Source: Octopus vulgaris (Eukaryota). Taken from it: 64,000 nucleotides of DNA. The stretch's first letter is position 1; the number at the start of each line of letters is the position of its first letter. Both the position numbers and the translations under genes were made by a program. Of the stretch, positions 13,786 through 26,205 are shown in pieces. Under the pieces are notes generated by a model. The model was not told the DNA's origin, ran no database searches, and was given only the letters and a program-made list of their open reading frames with translations. Location of the stretch: positions 76,570,001 through 76,634,000 of the forward strand of contig OX597824.1 of NCBI GenBank assembly GCA_951406725.2, written 5' to 3'.

Positions 13786-14779
13786 ATGGTGATGAAGATG
13801 ATGATGATGATTATATATATTTGCCGCCAGAGCGGCGGATGAGGGACACAATCACAAAGATCTGTATATAGTGAAGGAATTTACATAGAAAAAAAATCAA
13901 ATAAGAAAACAAAAACGAAGAAAAATACACGAAGTACGAGTAAACAAAATGTATGCATGATATAGAAAGAATGAAGTAATGCGTATGCCATGATGTATAG
14001 ATGGTATGGAAATAATGATTTTAAATTTTAGCACAAGGCCAGAAATTTCGGGGATGGGGAAGTCGATTACATCGTCTCCAATGCTTGACTGGTACTTCGT
14101 TTATCGACCTTGAAAGAAGAACCTCCTTCTCCCCCTTCACTTTCTTTTTTTAAGTGAAATTTGAAAATGTCGATGAAGGCTCAACCACAAAGAAAAAAGA
14201 TTCCGTCCACTATAGAGCCGTATTTGCTATAGCCACCACAAAGAAAAGACCTTCCTACCTTACCCGATTAAAAAACGATGGTGAAGAAAGCATCCCGAAG
14301 GCCTCAGCTAGTATTAGGACTCGTCTCACACATGATGCTGTTTGACATAATTCCACAAAATAGTAATACTTCTACTGCACGAATGAGGGCAAAGCGCTTA
14401 TGCTGTTATGCATACATCTCGAGGCCTGTCTAACTGCACTTCCGTACCTGTAAATTTATCTTGAGTCTCTAGAGGCCCACAATAGCACAACTAGTTCAAG
14501 GACTTCTGGAAAGTTACCTATAAAATTTTCCAGCCTGAAGGTCCTCCAGAACAAATGGAATAGTTTGTTTTGTGGATGCTGAGTATCTCCCTAAGAACGT
14601 CATCACTCATTCTCACAACTGTTGATACAGTAAAGTTGTGTTGCAGTAATACTGGAATGGAATTACGTATATCAAAATATATCACTTTTGTTTACTGGTA
14701 AGTGAAAGGAGGGAGCAAATTTTAATCGAACAAATTTATTGGAAGATCGAACTTTAGACCTCGGTACCAATGAATACAA

Positions 14780-15880
14780 TCCAGTGGGAGCACCTCACTA
14801 AAGGCAAATGTCAGTTGTTTACACATGAAACGGAAGATTGGGGAGAAAGAACATATTAACATTCTTACAAAAGGCGGCGAGCTGGCAAAAACGTTAGCAC
14901 GCCGGGCGAAATGCGTAGTCGTATTTCGTCTGCCGTTACGTTCTGAGTTCAAATTCCGCCGAGGTCGACTTTGCCTTTCATCCTTCCGGGGACGATTAAA
15001 TAAGTACCAGTTACGCACTGGGGTCGATGTAATCGACTTCATCCGTTTGTCTGTCATTGTTTGTCCCCCCTATGTTTAGCCCCTTGTGGGCAGTAAAGAA
15101 ATATATTAACATTCTTACAAGCGTGAATGAAGAACAGAGGTCAGCAAACTACTATATCGCAAACAGTGAAAAACTACCGAGACATGTTACAGTAATAATA
15201 AGACTTACGTATGAAGAACTTTGGAAAGAAGAGAGCATGCCAAAGTAGGCTTATTTGTGAAAGAGGGGAACGACTAGAAGAAATGCAGTTACATGAGAAG
15301 TTCCACAGAAGCAGCATGAATGTGAAATATCACGATTTAACATAGAAATGGCTTTGAAGTCGAGATGTAAAGAGAGAAATTAAAATTCTGTTGGGGTTAG
15401 TCACGATCAAGCCTTAAATATTTCTTCAGCGAATTAGAGAACTTATTCCACGACTTCAAAGAACAAGTAATGCTTATGTAAGCAAGAAGTGGATAATATC
15501 AAATATACTGTAGCAGGCTGCAAATGTTCTCGCAGAAAGTATAGAAGCGGTATCATAATGAGGTTCGTAACAAGCTTATTGGTTGATTTATAATAAATAT
15601 ATATACAATGTTTCTCGCAAGTGGTACATTCGTGTACCAGAAAAGGATCAGAGGAATAAAGTAAACCAAAACTTCTGTGGGATTTTGGCATCGAGACAGA
15701 CAAAATAATTGAACACCACAGACCAGATATCTTTATATGTGACATACAAAAGAGAATGCTTTATACAAACGACATTGCGATTCCTTCAGACAAAAATATT
15801 GAAAATAGAGAAATAAAAATTATCTCAACATATACTGATGTTCAGAAGAAATTTCAAGAATGAGGGAATGCCTAGCAGTA
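14780..15880 (+). mobile_element. Degraded R4/Dong-like fragment (post-RT region, zinc motif, RLE), interrupted by a SINE A
   Basis: Remnants LHMKRKIG (cf. LY.PR..GGRGL), DQAL, CLCKQE..NI..TVAGC and KLLWDFGIETDKIIEHHRPDI, with frameshifts. Confidence 0.7.
14871..15102 (+). mobile_element. SINE family A monomer (tRNA-like head, Deu/Nin-like core, tail type 1) with an 18-bp TSD
   Basis: TSD ATATTAACATTCTTACAA at 14853-14870 and 15103-15120; B-box GAGTTCAAATTCC; core GCCTTTCATCCTT..GGG.CGAT.AAAT.AGTACCAG resembles the Deu/Nin domain. Confidence 0.9.
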
Positions 15881-15898
15881 AAAGTAGTAATGATGTAA

Positions 15899-16157
15899 GG
15901 CGTAGGAGTGGCTGTGTGGTAAGTAGCTTACTTATGAACCACATGATTCAGTCCTACTTCGTGGCAGCTTGGGCAAGTGTCAAACGGATTAAGTCGATTA
16001 CATCGACCCCAATGCGTAACTGGTACTTATTTAATCGTCCCCGGAAGGATGAAAGGCAAAGTCGACCTCGGCGGAATTTGAACTCAGAACGTAACGGTAG
16101 ACGAAATGCGGCTACGTATTTCGCCCGGCGTGATAACGTTTCTGCCAGCTCGCCGCC
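15899..16157. mobile_element. SINE B head (+, 15899-15980) joined to a SINE A (-, 15981-16157)
   Basis: Similarity to the other copies of each family in the window. Confidence 0.8.
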
Positions 16158-17048
16158 TTGATTCCGTTCAATTTCTGTCAAATTCCACATATATGGTACC
16201 GGCTTATTTGAGGTTAAGGCAGTAAACACTTGCTGAATGTGCCGCGCTGCGATGATCGAACGGAGGCGCATATGGTTGTGATGTAAATTTCTTAACCACG
16301 CAGTCATGCCAGCATCATAAACGATTTTTCGTGTCTATTGGAATTCTGGTTTAAGAAAAAATAAAACAAAGACAAAAAAAAAAAAAAGCGGAATTGAATA
16401 TGAGATAGCCTAAAATTTTCATGAAAAGCAGGTTAAGAGATTTTGTATTTTCATATTAAATATGATATACATGTTTATTCTATTAACTCGATGCATATAA
16501 AAACGTAAATGTAGTTAGGAAAACCGGGGGGAAAGAGAGCTTTCAAGTGATTTCAGAGAAAAATAGATATGATATAGCATTGATAAAAGATGCCTTCTAT
16601 AAATGAAATACATTGAAGTAAAAGATAAGCCACGACATGGACAGTATAGTTTTAACTTATTTATTGGTAGATTCTTATCAATAAGGACAGAGCTTCATTT
16701 TCCATTATAAGATCAGTTACTGAGCGTGTAAATACTGGGGGATAAATGGAAAAAAATATATATATAACAACGTCACACGGACAGACTACATTTCACTGCT
16801 TGTTGTAAACAGAATAGAAGAAGAAAAACAAGAAACAACAGTTAAGCAAAATGTTCCACTGTAAATGTATTTTTTCTCACATCAAACCAAGAAGAAAGGT
16901 AGCTTCTGTTTCTGTCATACATATGACTGTATAGTTAAGACGTTCGCATCGTAACATTTTGTTTCTAGCTTCGATGATATTCACATTTTGGGCAAATACC
17001 TTTTACCATCAGATTTACAAATATACAAGAAATGGTATTTGGTATTCC

Positions 17049-17626
17049 GGCAAGCTGGCAGAATCGTTAGAACGCCGGGCGAAATGGTCAGCGGTATTTC
17101 GTCTGCCGCTACGTTCTGAGTTCAAATTCCGCCGAGGTCGACTTTGCCTTTCATTCTTTCGGCGTCGATAAATTAAGTACCAGTTACACACTGGGGTCGA
17201 TATAATCGACTTAATCCGTTTGTCTGTCCTTGTTTGTCCCCTCTGTGTTTAGCCCCTTGTGGGTAGTAAAGAAATAGGTATTTCGTCTGCCGTTACGTTC
17301 TGAGTTCAAATTCCGCCGAGGTCGACTTTACCTTTCATTCTTTCGGGGTCGATAAATTAAGTACCAGTTACACACTGGGGTCGATATAATCGACTTAATC
17401 CGTTTGTCTGTCCTTGTTTGTCCCTTCTGTGTTTAGCCCCTTGTGGGTAGTAAATAAATAGGTATTTCGTCTGCCGTTACGTTCTGAGTTCAAATTCCGC
17501 CGAAGTCGACTTTGAGTTTCATCCTTCGGGGACGATTAATTAAGTATCACTTGAGTACTGGGGTTGATGTAATCGACTATCCCTCTCCCCATGAATTTCA
17601 GGCTTTGTGCCTATTGTAGAAAGGAT
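17049..17626 (+). mobile_element. SINE A trimer (tail1-tail1-tail2), unit about 184 bp
   Basis: Unit restarts at GGTATTTCGTCTGCCG at 17277 and 17461. Confidence 0.9.
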
Positions 17627-18181
17627 TTGGTGGACGAATACTGAAAGAAAGCCTGTACATACGATATGATGATGGCAGTCTACCCTAATCCAAGAAAGAC
17701 AGTTCTACAATTTCGAGCTGAACAACCTGCATAAAGGAATGTTTGTGCCGTATTTATATTACTTCCTCCGGCAAATCGACGTTGCCTAAACAGTTGAACG
17801 GTGTGCAATAGCTTAGGTGTTGAGGTGATGGCAATGCAACGACAGATGAAGTGATTTGTGAAGGAAAGCATCTTCATTTGTTCATCATAATTAAAATCTT
17901 AAGGTCTTGTGTATTTTTATAGTCTCAAATATCGCGAGGATTTGCAGTGTATGAATTAAGGATTTGCGTTCTCTCGAAAAGAATTCCATAACACAAGATC
18001 ATACTTTGCTTCAGTTGGTTTGGTACGTACCCCGTTACTCTCACATTAATAGGTATACAGCTGAAAGTGTTCGATGATGACTTCGAAGTTACTGTCAATA
18101 CTATTCTTGTTAAAGAATAATGTGCACCCCCCATACACACCTATATATACACATACATACACATTCACATATGTATATATA

Positions 18182-18237
<56 letters not shown>

Positions 18238-18844
18238 AATACATACATACATACATACATATATATTTCTTTTCAGTCAATACGGGAATAAATAAACCTC
18301 TTATGGGGATAGTTTCATCCAAGTTACACTGATTTAGTATATTATGTTGTTGAGAAATATCTCTTCAATATAAAAAAACAGGTATATTATGAATATCAAA
18401 TACTATTAAATAAGAAAACGGAGAGATTTAATGGATATAAATTAATTTATTACCATTTTAAATAAGGCCTACAATTATTTCAATTCACGCTCAATACAAA
18501 TTACAAACATATAGAATAAAATAAGTTTGCATTTTAAATATTTAAAGTAAAATATAGTCAGGGCCGATGGACATTAAGAAAACTACATTTTCTTAATGAA
18601 TTTGAAATTCTCCAACAGACTGAGTAGATGAAAATATGCATAATTGTTTGTGTTTGTGAGTGTGTTAATAATTTTATTTTAGTATAATAATATGATATAT
18701 AAAATATAAGGTATAAAATATGAAAACACAAAAATAAAAATAAAATAAAAAATGAAATGTAAAAATAAATAATAATAATAATAATAATAATAAATATTCA
18801 GGCAAAAATATAGATATACAGACAAAAATAATTACAACAAAAAA

Positions 18845-18912
18845 TGATGATAATAATAATAATAATAATAATAATACTAATCATAATAATAATAATGATA
18901 ATAATAATAATG

Positions 18913-18995
<83 letters not shown>
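18845..18995. repeat. (AAT)n switching to (ATT)n, a fold-back microsatellite
   Basis: Direct reading; the switch is at about 18959. Confidence 0.9.
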
Positions 18996-19293
18996 GAAAA
19001 TACTATAATAAATTAAATAAGAATAAAAATCCAATACATTTAGGTAAGATGAAAAGGAAGAAAGTAAAATATATAAAATAAAAGACTTATAAATGTGGAT
19101 GCACATTGTCTATATTAATTTATGAGTGTCTGTGTGTGTGTGTGTGTGTGTGTGTCTGTGCATGCGTGTGTATGTGTCTGCATGTTAGTAAAAAGTCTAT
19201 CGAATCAAATCAGTTTATTCATATATGCGTGTGTGTACAATTATTAGAAAATAAAAGTCAACCGCTATAGTCTTGTATTATTATGATTATATT

Positions 19294-19336
<43 letters not shown>

Positions 19337-19399
19337 ATGTATGTCTACATTAAAGAAACTAAAGAAAAAGATATACTAGATAGACATAAATATCTTCTA

Positions 19400-19960
19400 T
19401 ATTTGACGTTAGGATTATCAAAAAAATATCATTAAGTATGATTTTATGTGCATGTGCTTATAATTATTTGAAAATATGATCTGACATGACTTCAATTTCC
19501 CCTTTAAGCGTATAATTCTTATTATTGTCTTTTAACATCCATATAAATTTGCTTATACTAGTATTTTTCATATCTTTGTTTTTAAAACTGTTTCCGTGGT
19601 TAGCAATTCGTCTTTTTACGGCATATTCAGTTGATCTGATATAATAGTATTTTATATTTTCTGTGTCAAATATACTTTTGCATACTAGATTATTTTGCCT
19701 ACAATAATTGTTGAATTTATTTTCATCATTACTCCTACAATCACAAGTATTTTTTACATCATTAATCATAGAATTTTACCTATATTACTTCCATTAATTT
19801 CATTTCATTATTCATATTATCTAGGTTAAAAAGGGAACCCATATGGGTTATTTCTCTTCTATCTTAAGAACATATGTTATCACCACTTTTACTAATTTTC
19901 GATTGTTTTTTTAAAATTAATTTTAAGATGTTTTGACAAAGCGAAACCGGTTCTTATAGA
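19400..19960 (-). mobile_element. Penelope-like element fragment encoding a GIY-YIG endonuclease remnant
   Basis: ORF 19464-19769: C....LV......YYYIRSTE...KRRIANHGNSF......TSISKFIWMLKD....Y matches the PLE pattern YIG.T...K.R...H..SF....T.LSK.IW.LK. Confidence 0.75.
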
Positions 19961-20599
19961 CTTATTAATTATTTCACTACAACTATTATCTTTATTGAAA
20001 TATTTATGAATATATCTACATATAGTTTGGTTATGTTGTTTTGATTATCTTTCAAAGGGGATAATCAGCCATTGGCTTCATCTGGACAATTATAATCTAT
20101 ATCTGTTTGAGCAGAATTTATGTAAAGGTGTATCGTTTATTATTATTTATACGAATATTATAAGTATTATCATTGATATTCATGTTCAAATTAATCTGAA
20201 ATTAATCTCAGGTTTACTAGATTTCTTATTTTCGTATTTATCAATTCTATATATAATATTAGGTTTCGTGAATTTATAATTAGTCTTAATATTTATTTTC
20301 TATTGTTATAATTGTTTTTCACATATCTAAATTGATGTTTCGTTATAGGGTTTAAATAGTCATTGCTTATTATTACTATTATATATTCTTATTATTTTTA
20401 TATATGTCTTGTTCGTCTATAGTTTTAATCCGTTTATTGTCATTTATAGTCGCTTCACTTTCCATTTTATCATCTCAATTTTTATTTAGTTTGTATTCAT
20501 TAGACCTACAATATTTAATCATATATTTATACCCTACTTAGTCTGTTGGAGATTCTTAATTGATCAACATGTAGCTTTATTAATATCCATTGGCCCTGA

Positions 20600-20663
<64 letters not shown>

Positions 20664-23189
20664 GAGAACATATATGTGCGAAAACATGGAGAAAATAGTA
20701 CTCGAATACCAAGAACGAAGACAGAGTAAAGTGTTGTGTTTTAATGAACTGAACATCTTCACAAGCTGTTACTCCTAGTTTTGTATAGCTTCTGTCTGAT
20801 GATCGGTAATGCGAAACACTGAATAACCAATTGTGAGGTTTTTCAACCTAAAAAGTACATTATACGTGTCTATTTTCCTGTGCGTGGGTATATGAATGCA
20901 TGTTTCTGTGTGTGTGTGTGTGTGTGTGTGTCTGAACATGTGTTTGATTCTCTGTGTATGTGTGCGGGCAAATGCGTAAGTGTGTGCTGTCTTAAGTCAC
21001 GCAGGATAACGGGACCTATGTAAGCTGTCTTTCTGCATGTAAATGGCCCTAATTCATTGCTTTTCCGGAGATCCTATAATGTTGTTAGGTTTGCAATATT
21101 TGCATGAGTTTGTGTTCACATGCACGTGTGTGTGTGTGCGTGCGTGCGTGTGTGCACGAGTGTGTGTAATACTATCTGTCGTGATACGAACGTAACTTAG
21201 TGATTCAATGATTGCTGTTGATAAAATAAAACACGTGTGTGATATAAGAACTTCAGTCGATATATTTCGCAAAAATACCTTCAACGCGGTGCTCCAGCAT
21301 GGTTGCAAATCCACTGGTTGAGGCTGATAATGGAGCAAAACAGTAAGGAAAGAAATGTCTCCCATGTCAATCGATTTTAGTTTTTATTATCTTCTTAGAA
21401 AGAGGTTGTGTTCTTTTCCTTTGTTATAGATGTTAGTAAAACATCTATTCTAATTCTTGTGGTAGTTTTCTTCGACTCGGCTATTATCTTGAATGCTTTG
21501 GTAATCGATTATTCTTTATATTGATTTTTAGTTAAGACTGTTTAGTGTTTGTTAAAGATGTTTTAGTAGCATTCCTACCGATCTTTACTTCTTTCTTAGT
21601 TACTTATACTAGTAACAAAACGAATAGGAGGAATCGCTAGTGAGTCCAACTGCCTTGAGGCGCTTCGTTTCGGTCCTTTGCTAGCTTAGTGTTAATTCCG
21701 CCGAGGGTAACTTTGCCTCTGATTATTTCTCAGGTCGATAGAATTAAATATCAGACAACTGGTGTAATAAGCAAACAGATATTTCTCCCTGGGAGCTTCA
21801 GACAAGAGACCATCAGATGAAAATCTTAAACGAATCGTCGTATTGCTGCTTGCGTTTTGAAACAGCATTAGGAAAGTCTACAATAACTCTACATCGTGAC
21901 ATATCAGTCATTGCACCCGACCAAGCCAACAGAAGGATACGTACACATGCAAAATCGTCATTTTACTGCTGCTTTTATTTTAAAGGTGGACATAAGGTTG
22001 TAAATTGCAGTGCGCAGTATTTTCATGAAGGAAAACTCTTCCAAATGCAAAATTGCGAAGCAATTTCGCAACTTCGGACAAATTCAATCATAAGCCTCGG
22101 AAACCAAGCGAAAAAGTATGCTGAACGAAGTACACTGCAAAAAAATGTAGCTCGAACTTCGCAGTCAGAAGTTCAATAAGTGAAAAAGGTAAAAAAATAG
22201 ACATAAAATATATTAGAAAATAAAAAAAATTCGGAATGAGACGAAGCTCTTTGGTACTGCTGATTTGTCTGGCTGGTTGGATATTCAAGCTGTTTTGGTG
22301 ACAGAACTTTTTGGTACTAGAGGCAAATACTCGCACACACACTCATATCCTCACAAACATGAGGAGGTAGAAATATATATATATATATATGAAATGATAG
22401 AGCGAGTAAGTGATTGTGAGACATATTACAATGTATTGATTTAACACGATAGACATAATTACTTTCCCTTCTCTCCTACGCATAAAAAGAAATTTGTTCA
22501 CACACATAAATAGAAAAATAGAGGAAAGAGAAATGGGGACGAGAGAAACAAAAAAAAATGTCTGATGTCAAATAAGTCAGCAACGAATCAGCGGTCAAAT
22601 ATAGACATCCTATAGCTCTCTATCTCTCTACCTTTGTAGGACCTTTCATGTTGCTATCACATATTGTGAAATTTTGAAATTACGTCAAAATTTTCAGATT
22701 TGGTATATTGAAATAATTTTCCACGTTAAATCCGATTTTTGTTATTTATTTGTTCAAGAAAAATTGCTGAAAAATGTTACTAAGGTTTAAAGTTTAATCA
22801 ATTTTACCTTATCAGAGGAAAAGATTTGGAAGCTGGTATTTTCTGCACGATAGCTGTCTATCACAAAGTGAAAGCAAAATCATTACGAGGAGGAACTTTT
22901 ACTAAACAAACGAAAGTAAAGCATTACGACGACCAAAATTGTAAGAACTTCTGAAGTTTTATCAAATTTTAATAAAGTCATGTGAAACTGTCAAACAGAC
23001 ATGTAAATAATTTAAGAAAGAAAAAAATTCTCAACGAAGCTTTTTGCGAAAAATTGCAGAAATCTGCCCTCATCAAGAGACCTATCCGTCGGGGAAGGCA
23101 TGGTCTAACAAAACAAAACTTTATATAAGAATAAACAAAAATTTATATAAGACATTCTATTGTAAAAATTACCCGGCAACGACAGACCA

Positions 23190-23490
23190 TTCAGCACTTA
23201 TTCTATTAGTATCTTTTGCCGAACATTTAAGTTACGGGGACGTAAACACACAAACACCCGTTGTCGAACGGTGATGGGAAGACAAACAGTCACAAATGGA
23301 CACACACATATACACACATATGTATATATTCGACGGGCTTCTTTGAGCTTCCATCTACCAAATCCACCCACAAGGCTTTGGTCGGCCCGAAGCTATAGCA
23401 GAAGGCACTTGCCCAGGGTGCCATGCAGTGGGACTGAAACCGGAACCATGTGGTTGGGAAACAACCTTCTTACCATACCGCCACACCTAA
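23190..23490 (-). mobile_element. SINE B, partial
   Basis: Similarity to 6198-6619. Confidence 0.8.
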
Positions 23491-23690
23491 AAAGTGATTA
23501 GCTAGCCTTCACGAAATCGAACCCAGTATCTCTGGAATTCCGGTTGAGAGATCTGTACCGTTAACCTGTACATATGTATATATATATATATATATATTCT
23601 TCCTTCTTTTTTTCCCAGTCATCACGGCATGTTGAATCTCTGAGTTCTACACAATTTTTCTCTCTCCATTATTTCCTCTTATTCCTTTTC

Positions 23691-23726
23691 CTTTCTGTCG
23701 AAGAGCGTCGGCTCGAAACGTAAAAG
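23691..23726 (+). ncRNA. Minimal type I hammerhead-ribozyme-like motif in a Penelope-like terminal repeat
   Basis: CTTT-CTGTCGA-A-GAGC(GTCG)GCTC-GAAA-CGTA-AAAG: stem I, core variant, stem II, GAAA, palindromic ACGT stem III, GUA triplet. Confidence 0.55.
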
Positions 23727-23819
23727 ATTTTTCCCTATTTTCCCGAGCGTTATACTAATACATGTTTTTTCTACACCACCTGTCTTCGTCTTTTGTTTTT
23801 TTCGTGAATTCTCCCCCCT

Positions 23820-23862
<43 letters not shown>

Positions 23863-23887
23863 CACACACACACACACATATATATAT

Positions 23888-24037
23888 ACTCTTTACTCTT
23901 TTACTCTTTTACTTGTTTCAGTCATTTGACTGCGGCCATGCTGGAGCACCGCCTTTTAGTCGAGCAAATCGACCCCGGGACTTATTCTTTGTAAGCCCAG
24001 TACTTATTTTATCGGTCTCTTTTGCCGAACCGCTAAG
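23888..24037 (-). mobile_element. SINE B 3' portion
   Basis: Near-identical to the tail of 6198-6619. Confidence 0.85.
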
Positions 24038-24167
24038 TATATATATATACATATATATACAAACATATATATATATGAAAATAATAATGCAATACGAAAG
24101 TAGCGTCGTATTTATTACGATTGCTATTTTCCAGTAAATATCGGTGCCTCGTTGTACCATTTATTTA

Positions 24168-24227
<60 letters not shown>

Positions 24228-24440
24228 CCAACCCCAAAATGTATACACACTTCAGGAAATGGAAGATCTGGATAAATATTTTAATTCAGTGTTATTGCAA
24301 TTTGGTCAGTTTTATCGCATTTTAATAAAACATAGAAAGATGTATCTATATTTATAAGGTCCTTACGTAAGTTGAGTATTTATATAGACGTTTCCTTTCC
24401 TGAAGTATGTATACACTTTTCGGGGCGGACTCTGTATACA

Positions 24441-24448
<8 letters not shown>

Positions 24449-24536
<88 letters not shown>

Positions 24537-24605
24537 CTCTCTCTCTCACTCTCTCTCTCTCTCTTTCACACACACACACACACACACACACTCTCTCTCT
24601 CTCTC

Positions 24606-24677
<72 letters not shown>

Positions 24678-24700
24678 TGCACACACACACAAACACCCAC
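24449..24700. repeat. Alternating (CA)n/(CT)n array
   Basis: Direct reading. Confidence 0.95.
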
Positions 24701-25216
24701 ACAAATTTGGAGTTGAAATTGCACACACAGCCCACCTTATTACAGACTGGCAAAAACGAACCAAATGACATTAAAATTTATTCACCAAGGAAAAGAAATA
24801 ATTATAGACACTAGAATACACACATACACACACACACACACACACATATATATATGTATAAATATCTATATATGTGTGCTTATATATGTATATATGTATG
24901 TATAGACACACACGCTTACGTATATCTAGAGTTTATTTTGCTGTTTATATAATAGAAGTAAGTATCGTCTAAATAATATTAGTTATTACAGAAAGAAAGA
25001 AAAAAAGACAATAGAAAATCGACGTAGAAAGAGTCAATATAATTTCAATTAAGAAATGAAAATATGTAAGATAAATATTGCTTGAGACTCGGCACTATTC
25101 ATGAGAAATATAAAATCAGAAATTAAACGAAAAATATTGCAAGGGTGTAAATAAAATACTGGGAGTTAAATGTGTAGAAAATAATTACAAACCGCCAGAA
25201 TATTACAGAGTATTCT

Positions 25217-25596
25217 GGAAGCACTCCGACAGTTACGACGACGAGGGTTCCGGTTGATCCGATCAACGGAACAGCCTACTCGTGAAATTAACGTGTAAGT
25301 GGCTGAGCATTCCACAGACACGTGTACCCTTAACGTAGTTCTCGGGGATATTCAGCGTGACACAGAGAGTGACAAGGCCGGCCCTTTGAAATACAGGTAC
25401 AACAGAAACAGGAAGTAAGAGTGAGAGAAAGTTGTGATGAAAGAGTACAGCAGGGATCACCACCATCCCTGCCGGAGCCTCATGGAGGTTTAGGTGTTTT
25501 CGCTCAATAAACACTCACAACGCCCGGTCTGGGAATCGAAACCGCGATCCTACGACCGCGAGTCCGGTGCCCTAACCACTGGGCCATTGCGCCTCC
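25217..25596 (-). mobile_element. SINE family C, full length (C1 tail) with a 12-bp TSD
   Basis: TSD ACAGAGTATTCT at 25205-25216 and 25597-25608; A box TGGCCCAGTGG, B box GGTTTCGATTCCC; near-identical to 59520-59903. Confidence 0.9.
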
Positions 25597-25784
25597 ACAG
25601 AGTATTCTATAATACTGACAACAGCGCCAGAAGAATACAAGCCTACGTACATACATACATACAACCATACATACATACATACATACATACATACATACAT
25701 ACATACAACAACTGCTTCGAAACATCCATCTTTTATCTCCGAGTTATAAATTTACATTTATGCCAATAATATTTGGATCACTAA

Positions 25785-26205
25785 GGCGGTGAGCTGGCAG
25801 AAACGTTGGCACGCCGGGCGAAATGCTTTGCGGTATTTCGTCTGCCGTTACGTTCTGAGTTCAAATTCCGCCGAGGTCGACTTTGCCTTTCATCCTTTCG
25901 GGGTCGATTAGATAAGTACCAGTTACGTACTGGGGTCAATATAATCGACTTAATCTGTTTGTCTGGCCTTGTTTGTCCTCTCTGTATGTAGTCCCTTGTG
26001 GGTAGTAAAGAAATAGGTATTTCTCCTGCCGTTACGTTCTGAGTTCAAATTCCGCCGAGGTCGACTTCGCGTTTCATTTTTTGGGGTCGATTAAATAAGT
26101 ACCAGTTACGCACTGGGGTAAATATAATCGATTTAATCCGTTTGTTTGTCCCCTCTGTGTGTAGACCCTTGTGGGTAGTAAAGAAATAAGAAACGTTAGT
26201 ATACA
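25785..26205 (+). mobile_element. SINE A multimer, left part; its last unit is interrupted by the LINE and resumes at 29271-29445
   Basis: Units restart at 26016 and 26189; GAAACGTTAGTATAC joins to AGGGCGAAATACTTAACGGTATT across the LINE. Confidence 0.8.

Noticed and set aside
14400-14560. Possible LTR-retrotransposon RNase H remnant on the minus strand
   Set aside because: Similarity is too fragmentary to support by eye.
14825-15079. Recurrent peptides RLPLRSEFKFRRGRLCLSS and RASFSFRLPNP in many ORFs
   Set aside because: They are translations of SINE A and SINE B, not a protein family.
17049-17626. Regularly spaced repeats as a possible CRISPR array
   Set aside because: Units are about 184-bp SINE bodies with no unique spacers and no cas genes, in a eukaryotic context.
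25520-25596. tRNA-like sequence with A and B boxes as a tRNA gene
   Set aside because: It is the head of a multi-copy SINE with a TSD and lacks a proper acceptor stem.
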